From contig JBIKLL010000021.1 of NCBI GenBank assembly GCA_044359815.1, positions 1 to 36,451 on the forward strand: 36,451 nt of DNA, read 5' to 3'. Below the pieces are notes generated by a model, which saw only the letters and a program-made list of their open reading frames with translations, did no database searches and was not told where the DNA came from. Every line of letters begins with the position of its first letter. Within the stretch, counting starts at the first letter, position 1. The translations under genes were made by a program, and so were the position numbers. The DNA comes from Pseudobdellovibrionaceae bacterium. Its GTDB lineage: Bacteria > Bdellovibrionota > Bdellovibrionia > Bdellovibrionales > Bdellovibrionaceae. Positions 28,575 through 36,451 of the stretch are shown one piece after another.

Positions 28575-29946
28575 AAAATTTGTAAGAAAATCCGATTTCA
28601 CCAATGAAGGTCCTATTTCTAATTCCCGTTGATTCCTTACCAGGCCCACCAAAGGCATCGAATTCAAAAACGTGGGAATAAATTCCGGATATCAAACTTA
28701 GTTTCTGGCTGATTGGCAAAACAACATTTAATTTAAAACTGTATGCGCCGATGTTTTTGATAAGAGCATTTGTTGCTGCCGGAAAATAATCAATCTGCGT
28801 TTCTATGGATTTGCCTGATCTGAACCAACCCGTCCAATCCAATGCTAAATCTAAAATTCTGACATCTGAAAAACCATAGCGAACACCCACATCATACAGA
28901 TCAGAATCAGGCACCCCTACACGCAGCCTTCTGAGTCCCGCTAAAAAATCTAACCTGTGTTGATCCCATGTAAATCTTTTTCCCAACAGCAGACTATAGG
29001 ATCTAAAATCTAAAACTTCAGGGGCCCCTTGGTAATCAACGGACTCGATATCAACAACCCAGCTGTTAATCAGAGTTTCCAGATGTGAATGATACACAGA
29101 AAATGCCTTTCCATTGTTGTAGGGTAAATAGCTACCAGAGAATCTGAAGTTGGCATCGATCTGGATGGGCGCATCAGGCTTGAGCTGCAAGGCATCGATG
29201 GCGCTTTCAACGGCTGCGGGCTTTCTGACAATGTCCAGTTTCAAATTTTTAACTTCCCACAAGGATTCAACAGCCACATCAATGCGAACGAACTTGATCA
29301 ATACCCTTTGCTTTAGATTTTCAGAGCTATAGTTTTTTAGTGCCAACACATCAATGGCGCCAATTGATTGCAGTTTCTCAAAAACCACTGACAGTGATTC
29401 AGTAGGAACCTCTGCAAAATACTGAAGCCTAGGCGAACCCGGATTATTGAGCTTCCAGTGCGAACCCATAAAATCAGAAAAATTAAAATCCGGTCGCACA
29501 TAGGGTGTGACATCCACAATGACGTCATGACTGTAATCAGTTTTAATATCTGTCCTTTGAGGGAGTTTGTTGAGCTGATATTTGCGTGGGCTAAATTCTG
29601 CTTCAGGATGCAATGTTAAAATAAATCGCTTTCTGAGCGGAGGACTGGATCTGGGGTGTGCGAACTTGGTAACAGTAAACTGCCCAAAGCGATTAATGTA
29701 TTTGTAAAATTCGGTGATTCGTTTTTCTGGCAAATGAAAATGATAGTAAGGTTTGCCGTCAATCACATCACCCATTTCGACCTGCCCAGCCTTCAGTGCA
29801 AGCCAGGTCCTAAGCTGTGTGGTCAGTTTTTCAGCTTCAATAATATCCGAGTACAAATGAATTTGAAAAAGAGGATCGGCTTTCACCATCTGTGGCGAAA
29901 AAATCAGGAACCAAAAAAATAAAGCAATAACTCTGGATACACTCAT
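28573..29946 (-). CDS. Putative outer-membrane beta-barrel protein with two N-terminal alpha/beta domains
   Basis: Signal peptide ending VKA; C-terminal about 200 aa of amphipathic strands ending GEIGFSYKF (BAM-type terminal Phe). Confidence 0.7.
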   Translation of the reverse strand: MSVSRVIALFFWFLIFSPQMVKADPLFQIHLYSDIIEAEKLTTQLRTWLALKAGQVEMGDVIDGKPYYHFHLPEKRITEFYKYINRFGQFTVTKFAHPRSSPPLRKRFILTLHPEAEFSPRKYQLNKLPQRTDIKTDYSHDVIVDVTPYVRPDFNFSDFMGSHWKLNNPGSPRLQYFAEVPTESLSVVFEKLQSIGAIDVLALKNYSSENLKQRVLIKFVRIDVAVESLWEVKNLKLDIVRKPAAVESAIDALQLKPDAPIQIDANFRFSGSYLPYNNGKAFSVYHSHLETLINSWVVDIESVDYQGAPEVLDFRSYSLLLGKRFTWDQHRLDFLAGLRRLRVGVPDSDLYDVGVRYGFSDVRILDLALDWTGWFRSGKSIETQIDYFPAATNALIKNIGAYSFKLNVVLPISQKLSLISGIYSHVFEFDAFGGPGKESTGIRNRTFIGEIGFSYKF

Positions 29947-29983
29947 TCATCCTTTAGAATAACCTTGCTGAAAAAAATCGGTT

Positions 29984-30020
29984 GAAAACAAAAGACCAGG
30001 TCTTGTTAGACCTGGTCTTT
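29984..30020 (-). terminator. Rho-independent terminator of the sigma54 activator gene
   Basis: Perfect 13-bp inverted repeat AAAGACCAGGTCT-TGTT-AGACCTGGTCTTT; minus-strand tail TTTTGTTTT. Confidence 0.8.
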
Positions 30021-30080
30021 GATAGAATTCTGTATTTAGAAATTCTTGTTTTTCAAGGGACTGGAGAGCCTTTAATGCCC

Positions 30081-31139
30081 TTAAGTCTTGGGTGTTTTTA
30101 CGTGGATCGCGAAACGATCAAATTCGCCGTATTCGTGAAGCTTGTTGTACAAGGTTTTTATGGTGATTCCTAAAGCATTTGCAGCTTGAGTTTTATTACC
30201 ATCAAAATGTCCAAGAGCTTTCAGAATATAACGCTTTTCCAGTTCAGCTAAAGTGATTGATGGATCATATTCTGCAATGTCATCAACGCCTTCAGGGTTT
30301 CTGATATTTTCTGGAACATCAGAAGGCATGATCGTGTGACCTTCGCACAAGATCTGTAATCTTTCGCAAACGTTTTGCAGTTCACGAATATTACCTGGCC
30401 ATTCATAATTCATCATCAACTTCATTGATTCGTCATCCATCTGACGTCCACGATTTAAATAAGCGTGTGAACCGCTAGATAAAAAGTGAACGATCAACGC
30501 AGGGATGTCGTCTTTTCTGCGTCTTAATGGTGGAACTGTTGCAACGATAGTGTTGATTCTGTAGTACAAGTCTTCTCGGAAATTTCCTAAGCCGACTTCT
30601 TTTTCCAGATCACGGTTTGTGGCACAGATCAATCTGATGTCTACTTTGATTGGATCTTTACCACCGACACGATAGATTTCACCTTCTTGGATAAATCTTA
30701 AAAGCTTTGCTTGGATTGCCGGAGAAAGCTCACCGATTTCATCCAAAAACAAAGTTCCTTCGTTAGCAGCTTCTGCTAAACCAATTTTTTTATTGTAAGC
30801 GCCTGTGAATGATCCTTTTTCATGACCAAACAGTTCGCTCTCTAAAAGAGTTTCTCTAAGAGCACCGCAATTGATAGCAACAAAGGGTTTGTGCTTTCTG
30901 GTACTGCGTTCATGAACAGCGTGAGCAATCAGTTCCTTACCAGTGCCTGATTCACCCAGGATCAGAATGTTGGCATTAGACGGAGCCACTCGATCAATCA
31001 TTTTCATTAATTGATTCATTCCTTCTGAACGATAGACAATGGTCTTGTTCTCGATGATCTTTTGGTTGGGTTGTTGCCACTGGATCTGGCTTTTGTTTTG
31101 CGACGTCGGTAAAATCGGAGAATGAGCTTCTGTAGACAT
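30081..31139 (-). CDS. Sigma54-dependent activator (AAA+ and Fis HTH) with no N-terminal sensory domain
   Basis: Start ATG 31139 (SD AGAGG); GESGTGKE, ESELFGHEKGSFTGA, FLDEIGE, FREDLYYRIN, WPGNIRELQN, GNKTQAANALGITIKTLYNKL. Confidence 0.93.
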   Translation of the reverse strand: MSTEAHSPILPTSQNKSQIQWQQPNQKIIENKTIVYRSEGMNQLMKMIDRVAPSNANILILGESGTGKELIAHAVHERSTRKHKPFVAINCGALRETLLESELFGHEKGSFTGAYNKKIGLAEAANEGTLFLDEIGELSPAIQAKLLRFIQEGEIYRVGGKDPIKVDIRLICATNRDLEKEVGLGNFREDLYYRINTIVATVPPLRRRKDDIPALIVHFLSSGSHAYLNRGRQMDDESMKLMMNYEWPGNIRELQNVCERLQILCEGHTIMPSDVPENIRNPEGVDDIAEYDPSITLAELEKRYILKALGHFDGNKTQAANALGITIKTLYNKLHEYGEFDRFAIHVKTPKT

Positions 31140-31183
31140 ACACGTACCTCTTTCTGTTCCACTATGAAACATTGCGTTATGTC

Positions 31184-31211
31184 GCAGACTATAATGTAAA
31201 TTATGCGTCAT
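31184..31211. other. dif-like 28-bp site (11-6-11)
   Basis: GCAGACTATAA-TGTAAA-TTATGCGTCAT versus E. coli dif GGTGCGCATAA-TGTATA-TTATGTTAAAT; 19 nt upstream of the recombinase start. Confidence 0.45.
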
Positions 31212-31230
31212 TTTCAAGAAAAATTTTGCA

Positions 31231-32133
31231 ATGAGTTATAATAAATTACAGGAAAACCAGCCGCAAATTGCGGAACACTATCTACTGTCTGTACAACAGG
31301 ACCCCAGTGGTTATGTAAATAAGTATTTGAATTATTTAAGTAATATTGAATCTTCGAGCTATCATACTTTACGGGCTTATGCGTCAGATTTAGCCTATGC
31401 GATAAATGGTGAAGATATTTCCTGTTCAAGCACAGAACAGCTGTTTGAGGCCTTTACCAGGGCTCAGATCAAATGGGGAAACCTGAGTCCTGCCACCCGA
31501 AACCGTAAAGGAGCCGTCCTAAAAAGCTTTGCCAGGTACCTGTTTGATCAAAAAATCATCGACAGAGACCTCGCCATCCGAATCCATCTGCCCAAGGTGC
31601 CTAAAAAAATCCCTCATTTTTTGTCAGTGGATGAAGCCGTTGCCGTATTAAAAACACCCATGGATCAATACGACAGAATTTTATTTTTGCTGATGTATGG
31701 GTGCGGACTCAGAGTTTCAGAAGCCTGCAATTTGGCATTCAGAGAAATCAATCTTCAACAGCGCACATTAAGAATTTCAGGAAAAGGGCAAAAGCAAAGA
31801 ATCGTTGTTATGCCCAAGATTCTAGAAAACGAATTATCAAAGATTAATAAAAATACTGAGTTTATTTTTGGCAATGGCCCGATGGATCCCCGCAAGGCTT
31901 TTGAAAAGATTCGCAAAATGGGACAGTTTGCTGGATTAACAAAAAATCTTAATCCCCATGCCTTACGCCATAGCTTTGCGACACACCTGCTGAGCAGCGG
32001 AGCCAATCTGAGGGTTCTGCAAGAGCTTCTGGGACATGAAAGCCTGCAGGCTACAGAAAAATACACCCATTTGGATATCAACCACTTGGCCCGCATTATG
32101 GAAAACCATCACCCACTGGGTGAATCAGAATAA
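31231..32133 (+). CDS. xerC: Tyrosine recombinase, XerC/XerD family (XerC-like)
   Basis: SYHTLRAYASDL, MYGCGLRVSE, GKGQKQRIV, PHALRHSFATHLL, LRVLQELLGH, TEKYTH: catalytic R-K-H-R-H-Y set intact. Confidence 0.85.
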   Translation: MSYNKLQENQPQIAEHYLLSVQQDPSGYVNKYLNYLSNIESSSYHTLRAYASDLAYAINGEDISCSSTEQLFEAFTRAQIKWGNLSPATRNRKGAVLKSFARYLFDQKIIDRDLAIRIHLPKVPKKIPHFLSVDEAVAVLKTPMDQYDRILFLLMYGCGLRVSEACNLAFREINLQQRTLRISGKGQKQRIVVMPKILENELSKINKNTEFIFGNGPMDPRKAFEKIRKMGQFAGLTKNLNPHALRHSFATHLLSSGANLRVLQELLGHESLQATEKYTHLDINHLARIMENHHPLGESE

Positions 32134-32168
32134 TACGTTTTTAGTTTTTGTTTCAAACAGATATCCGA

Positions 32169-32196
32169 TCAAGTTCGCCAAGACATAAGCCGATAA
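32169..32196 (+). promoter_or_regulatory. Putative sigma28 (FliA) promoter
   Basis: TCAAG-N15-GCCGATAA (perfect -10), 28 nt upstream of ATG 32225 with SD AGGAG. Confidence 0.75.
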
Positions 32197-32224
32197 AAGA
32201 TTAGTAAATTCACCAGGAGTCAAT

Positions 32225-33682
32225 ATGACCAAATTACTGAGTTTGTTCGTAATTTTTGTTTTTTCAATTTCGGCATTTGCTGAAAATCCCCATGGGATTT
32301 TCATGGTCGTAAAAGGTGAGGTAAAAATCACTGGTAAGGACGGAAAAACCGATCCCGCAAAGGTCGGTAAAAAGGTTGTTCCTGGGGACAAAATTGAATC
32401 TGGCAAAGAAGGCCGAGCCAAAATCGTAATGTCTGATAAAAACGTTATCAACATTTCGCCAGACACCAAATTAATTATCGAAAAATATCAAAACGATGGA
32501 ACCAATAAAAACGTTGAGCTGAACATCCTTGAAGGTAAGGTCCGCGCCAGCGTCGAGCAAAAATACGATGGTGAGAAAAATAAATTTAATATTAAAACTC
32601 CTAGCGCTGTTGCCGGTGTTCGTGGAACGGACTTTTTAACTGGGTATTCGCCCGCAACTAAAACCGCACAAATTATCACATTCAGTGGTACTGTGGCCGT
32701 GGGAGCTCCTGGTCCTAATGGTAAAATTGAAAATCCCGTGTTCGTACAACCTGGTCAAATGACTTCTGCTGGATCTGATGGAAAACCAGCTGCACCTGCT
32801 GCGGTTCCAAAAGAGCAACTAAAACAAGAACAGCAAGAAACCAATGCGGATACTGCCAAAGGTACAACTGACAAACCTGCTTCTGAAAGTAAAGAAGCCA
32901 AAGAAGAGAAAAAAGACGAGAAAAAGGAAGAAAAGAAAGAAGAAAAGCAGGAAGAGAAAAAGGAAGAAAAGAAGGACGAGAAGAAAGACGAGAAGAAGGA
33001 AGAAAAGAAGGACGAGAAGAAAGACGAGAAGAAGGAAGAAAAGAAAGAGTCTAAAAAAGAAGATAAAAAAGCTGAGCAAAAAGAAGAAGGCGGCGAAAAA
33101 CAAGCTAAAAAAGAAGACTCTGCCACTGAAAAAAAGGCCGAGAAAAAAGATGAAGCCCCAGCTGAGCAGCAAGCTAAAAAAGAACCAGCTGGTGATGATG
33201 GTAAAAAATCAAGCGATCAAAATTCTGATAAACAAGCAGACAAACCTGCTGCTGAAAGCGGTCCTGCTAAAAAAGACACAGCCAGCTCAGAGCCTGCTGC
33301 TAAAAAAGACTCTTCAACAACTGATTCAGGCCCAGCACCAAAATCAGCTCCAGCTGCGGACACTGCAAAATCAGACTCTGGCAGTAAACCAGCAGCTGCT
33401 GCAGGATCAGCACCTGCCGGTGGCAGTGGCCCAGCACCAGATGCTGGCCCCAGAGCACCTGCCAGTGTGGGTGGCGCTCCGTCAATGATCACGGCCACAG
33501 ACCTTGGGCCAGGCTTAAGCAAAAACATAAGCTTTGGACCATCTACGGCTCCGCAAGTACCAGTGGTAAATTTCAATCCTGGTGTCCCAACTGTGGTACC
33601 AACACCTGCAAACAATCAGTTTATTAACGACATTATTAAAAATACTAAATCTAGAGTTAATATTACGATCACAAAACCTTAA
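32225..33682 (+). CDS. Secreted FecR-domain protein with a long Lys/Glu- and Ala/Pro-rich linker
   Basis: Signal peptide ending AFA; GDKIESG...AKIVMSD...ILEGKVRA...FNIKTPSAVAGVRGTDF...FSGTVAV (FecR-like); about 270-aa low-complexity region; ends KSRVNITITKP. Confidence 0.85.
   Translation: MTKLLSLFVIFVFSISAFAENPHGIFMVVKGEVKITGKDGKTDPAKVGKKVVPGDKIESGKEGRAKIVMSDKNVINISPDTKLIIEKYQNDGTNKNVELNILEGKVRASVEQKYDGEKNKFNIKTPSAVAGVRGTDFLTGYSPATKTAQIITFSGTVAVGAPGPNGKIENPVFVQPGQMTSAGSDGKPAAPAAVPKEQLKQEQQETNADTAKGTTDKPASESKEAKEEKKDEKKEEKKEEKQEEKKEEKKDEKKDEKKEEKKDEKKDEKKEEKKESKKEDKKAEQKEEGGEKQAKKEDSATEKKAEKKDEAPAEQQAKKEPAGDDGKKSSDQNSDKQADKPAAESGPAKKDTASSEPAAKKDSSTTDSGPAPKSAPAADTAKSDSGSKPAAAAGSAPAGGSGPAPDAGPRAPASVGGAPSMITATDLGPGLSKNISFGPSTAPQVPVVNFNPGVPTVVPTPANNQFINDIIKNTKSRVNITITKP
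32960..33045 (+). repeat. Perfect 36-bp tandem repeat (about 2.4 copies) within a degenerate 12-bp (D/E)EKK array
   Basis: AAGGAAGAAAAGAAGGACGAGAAGAAAGACGAGAAG at 32960-32995 and 32996-33031, plus a 14-nt partial copy. Confidence 0.9.
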
Positions 33683-33780
33683 ACAGGACCTGGATCAACA
33701 GATCCAGTGACAGATTTAATTTCTTGATAGGGCCCCATAAGGGCCCTAAAATTTTACCAAGACATCAAGGAGTTACATCT

Positions 33781-36030
33781 GTGAAAACACTGTCATTTTA
33801 TAAGTTGCTTTGGATTGCGTTGATACTGGTCGGATCTGATTTATATGCACAATCAATTGAATCTGAAACTAAACAAAAAGTTGCCAAAAAGTTGCCCGCA
33901 AAAAAAGTCGAAAGCAATACCGCAAAAACAGATGCTTCAAGGTTGCTAGCACCGCAAAGTCCCGAATCAAAACCTGGAGTCACAGAGGAATTTAGTTTCG
34001 ACAGACAAAACGTAAAAATCGACAGAAACAAACCCTTGACCATGGAATACCAATTTAAATCTTGGAACAAAAATCCTGCTGAACCTGACGTCGCAGCATT
34101 GTTAGTCCGTGATGGCAACAGCGGCAAAATTGCCAAAATCGAACTGAATGAAACCGCAGAAAACTCAGGGGTATTCCGAGGTTCGTTTGGCCTGTCGTGG
34201 GATACAGGTGCCGAAATTATCCCCGAGATCTACAATGCCCCACTGGAGATGATCAAAACCCCCGAACAACTTAAAAAAGTCTATCAAATGATGAAAGATG
34301 GCTCCATTGCCAGAAAACCATTTTTCATGAAGTCTGATCGCAGATCACAGGCCATCACGGTTTATGAAACCAAAGAACAAGCTCTTGAAGCTCAAAATCA
34401 ATTTCGCAAAAATCTGCAGGGTAAACAGATTGTTGACCAGGCTGCCTTGGAAGCTCAGCGCAGGGCCCAGATGCTGGCCGAACAAGCTCGGTTGGCAGAA
34501 CTGGCAAAATTGCAAGAAGAGCAACGTTTAAAGATGGAACAAGACGAAAAGCGAAAGCAAGAAGAGCTAAAGAAACAACAAGCGGCTTTGGATGCTGCCG
34601 AAAGAGCTCGTCGCAAAGTTGAAGCTAAAAAAATCGCAGAAGAAGCTTTGGCTCTTTACGGCCAGGGAAAATTTTTAGAAGCTGAAAAGATTTTTGAAAA
34701 AGCAACTGCGCTGGATCCTGAAAACACTTCTTTGTATTTCAAATATGGCGTAACCCTTTACCGATTGGATAAATTTAATAAATCAATTGTAATCCTCGAG
34801 CTAGCAGAAGGTAAAGACGTCAACAAAGTCGAGAGGGATTATTTTATAGCTTTGAATCACATGAAGCTAAAGGAATACGATACGGCCTACAAAGAATTTC
34901 AAGATCTTAAAAAATCTAACGATGCTGCCATTGCGCCCTCATCAGCGTTTTTTGCGGGAGTTATTGATTTTCAAAAAGAACGATATGACGATGCAAAAAC
35001 TAATTTTGAATACACTCTTGATAAAGGCAATGATCCGACAATGGATTCTCAAGCTGAAGCTTATATTGAACAAATCGCAGCTATCAAAGCCTTTGAAGCA
35101 GAGAAAAAGAAAGTCTTTATTTTTACAGCTACTATTGGTTTAACCTATGACTCAAATATTACAACAGCTTCAAACACACAAATCGATCAGGGAACTGCCA
35201 CGGGATACGAAGGTTACCGTGTCATGTACGGAGGCTCGATCGAATGGAGACCCATTTACAAAATGGCTCACGAGTGGTCTTCAAAAATTGCTGTTAATGA
35301 TATGTATTCTGTGGATAAAAACTTTAAGGCATCAGAGCTATTGCAAAACACTGATCCCTTGGTCACCAGCATAACTGCCCCGTACAAATACAAGGGCATG
35401 ATGTTTGCCAAAGCCTATCAAATGACACTGACCCCTGGTTTTGATATGATTAATTTAAATGCTTCAGCCACATCTGATGGCGTCGGAAATCGAGAAGTGG
35501 TTTCAAATTCTTCTTATGGAAAATGGGACAATACATTTATCATCAATGATGATTGGTTTTCGACAATTTCATTAGAATACAGAAGTGACGTCAATAAAAT
35601 CGATGCGACCCTAAATACTGTGAACGACAACACAGCTACAAAAACTACGGTTTCAACTAGCAATACATTTTTTACTGATAAAAAGAAAACCACAGCTTGG
35701 ATCGCAGAACTAGGATATTCAGATAATAAAGCAGCTGGTACCGAACAAACCTACAACCGAATCGATTTAGGATTAACCTATATGATGCCGGTTTTTAAAG
35801 ATTCAGCGTTCACTACAAAATTGGGATATTATACTGCAAATTATTCGACTCATTCGACCGGCAGACGAGATGACGACATTGGATTGACTTTGGGACTGAG
35901 CAAACCCATCAGCCAAAGCTTAAGCGCAGTGTTTTCAGGTAACTACACAATCAACAATTCAACCAATGATTCCAATGCTTACAAAAAGTATTCGGTCATG
36001 AGCATGTTGGCTTGGAACGGCAGCCTTTGA
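33781..36030 (+). CDS. Exported TPR protein with a C-terminal putative outer-membrane beta-barrel
   Basis: Start moved to GTG 33781 (SD AAGGAG); signal peptide ending LYA; coiled coil; TPRs (AEKIFEKATALDPENTSLYFKYGVTLYRL); then IGLTYDSN and about 300 aa of amphipathic strands ending YSVMSMLAWNGSL. Confidence 0.8.
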   Translation: MKTLSFYKLLWIALILVGSDLYAQSIESETKQKVAKKLPAKKVESNTAKTDASRLLAPQSPESKPGVTEEFSFDRQNVKIDRNKPLTMEYQFKSWNKNPAEPDVAALLVRDGNSGKIAKIELNETAENSGVFRGSFGLSWDTGAEIIPEIYNAPLEMIKTPEQLKKVYQMMKDGSIARKPFFMKSDRRSQAITVYETKEQALEAQNQFRKNLQGKQIVDQAALEAQRRAQMLAEQARLAELAKLQEEQRLKMEQDEKRKQEELKKQQAALDAAERARRKVEAKKIAEEALALYGQGKFLEAEKIFEKATALDPENTSLYFKYGVTLYRLDKFNKSIVILELAEGKDVNKVERDYFIALNHMKLKEYDTAYKEFQDLKKSNDAAIAPSSAFFAGVIDFQKERYDDAKTNFEYTLDKGNDPTMDSQAEAYIEQIAAIKAFEAEKKKVFIFTATIGLTYDSNITTASNTQIDQGTATGYEGYRVMYGGSIEWRPIYKMAHEWSSKIAVNDMYSVDKNFKASELLQNTDPLVTSITAPYKYKGMMFAKAYQMTLTPGFDMINLNASATSDGVGNREVVSNSSYGKWDNTFIINDDWFSTISLEYRSDVNKIDATLNTVNDNTATKTTVSTSNTFFTDKKKTTAWIAELGYSDNKAAGTEQTYNRIDLGLTYMMPVFKDSAFTTKLGYYTANYSTHSTGRRDDDIGLTLGLSKPISQSLSAVFSGNYTINNSTNDSNAYKKYSVMSMLAWNGSL

Positions 36031-36050
36031 GACTGTACGCGCAGCTTTTA

Positions 36051-36451
36051 CTAGTAGCTGCGCAGTTCCTGTTGACACCATTCGTGGTAGGAAGTGATTT
36101 CTTCAAAATTGTCTGATGGAATGGATTCGCTAAGTTCCAACGGAGTCATTAAAAAAGGCTGCATCCAGTCTTTGCGATCCAAAATCCCCTGCTGGTGAAA
36201 CAACTTTAAAGCAAACTGGATAAAATAGACTTCCAGATTTTTAGCCTGACTTAAGCCATCCAAAGAATTCTTTAGCAGCACAAAAAGCTTTTTGTTGTGA
36301 TCATCTTCGATGGCGACTTTCCCCACACACTCGATAATTCTAAGACCCAATTGTATATGGTCATAGCTGCTTCTGATTTTAATAAAATCATCGATCAATT
36401 GGGCTGCTTGCAAAACAGAATGCTTTTCAGTGTCGGACATTTTATGTTCGG
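36051..36451 (-). CDS. recO: DNA repair protein RecO, 3' part (runs off window end)
   Basis: VLQAAQLIDDFIKIRSSY...IIECVGKV...KLFVLLKNSLDGL...FALKLFHQQG resembles the RecO helical bundle; frame stays open to the window edge. Confidence 0.65.
   Translation of the reverse strand, partial: EHKMSDTEKHSVLQAAQLIDDFIKIRSSYDHIQLGLRIIECVGKVAIEDDHNKKLFVLLKNSLDGLSQAKNLEVYFIQFALKLFHQQGILDRKDWMQPFLMTPLELSESIPSDNFEEITSYHEWCQQELRSY

Noticed and set aside
31231..32133. Tyrosine recombinase as a prophage, integron or island integrase
   Set aside because: About 300 aa with Xer-type motifs, no integron-integrase insertion, and no att repeats, cassettes or phage genes nearby.
32755..33615. Overlapping ORFs with SSFF, FFLL or KKRR repeats, and the repeat array as a possible CRISPR
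   Set aside because: Alternate-frame readings of the EEKK coding repeat; units are contiguous with no unique spacers, and no cas genes are present.
33689..33747. Two hairpins between the FecR and TPR-barrel genes (CTGGATC-AACA-GATCCAG; GGGCCC-CATAA-GGGCCC)
   Set aside because: No adjacent U-tract, so not called terminators; they may be stability or processing stems, but this is unsupported.

Overview
36.5 kb of chromosome, most likely from a Bdellovibrionota (Bdellovibrio-like) bacterium. This is inferred from the short 277-aa flagellin, the NtrYX-proS-pyrF linkage and the style of the hypothetical proteins; no database search was run. Bases 1-16.7 kb are minus-strand housekeeping genes, in transcription order ribE-ribB(A/X)-ribH-ntrY-ntrX-proS-pyrF-rlmB, tRNA-Thr/Tyr/Gly/Thr, tuf, tRNA-Trp, secE-nusG-rplK-rplA-rplJ-rplL and 5' rpoB. 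Bases 16.8-36.4 kb are a mixed region rich in envelope genes: a CsgG/FlgT-like exported protein, a signal-peptide SAM-methyltransferase-like protein, a lipocalin, clpB, an HPF-like protein, flagellin, a DAACS transporter, a lipoprotein, a basic/acidic histone-H1-like protein, a beta-barrel protein, a sensor-less sigma54 activator, xerC, a FecR-domain plus TPR/beta-barrel gene pair and 3' recO. I see no IS, prophage, CRISPR array or rRNA. The best leads are: (i) a sigma28-preceded FecR-linker/TPR-barrel pair that could be a two-partner envelope system; (ii) a dif-like 28-mer directly upstream of xerC, overlapping divergent promoter elements; (iii) a long GGA-hairpin flagellin leader with a 5-codon uORF; (iv) an anti-Shine-Dalgarno sequence inside the promoter spacer of the histone-like gene; (v) catalytically degenerate NtrX AAA+ and RibA domains.
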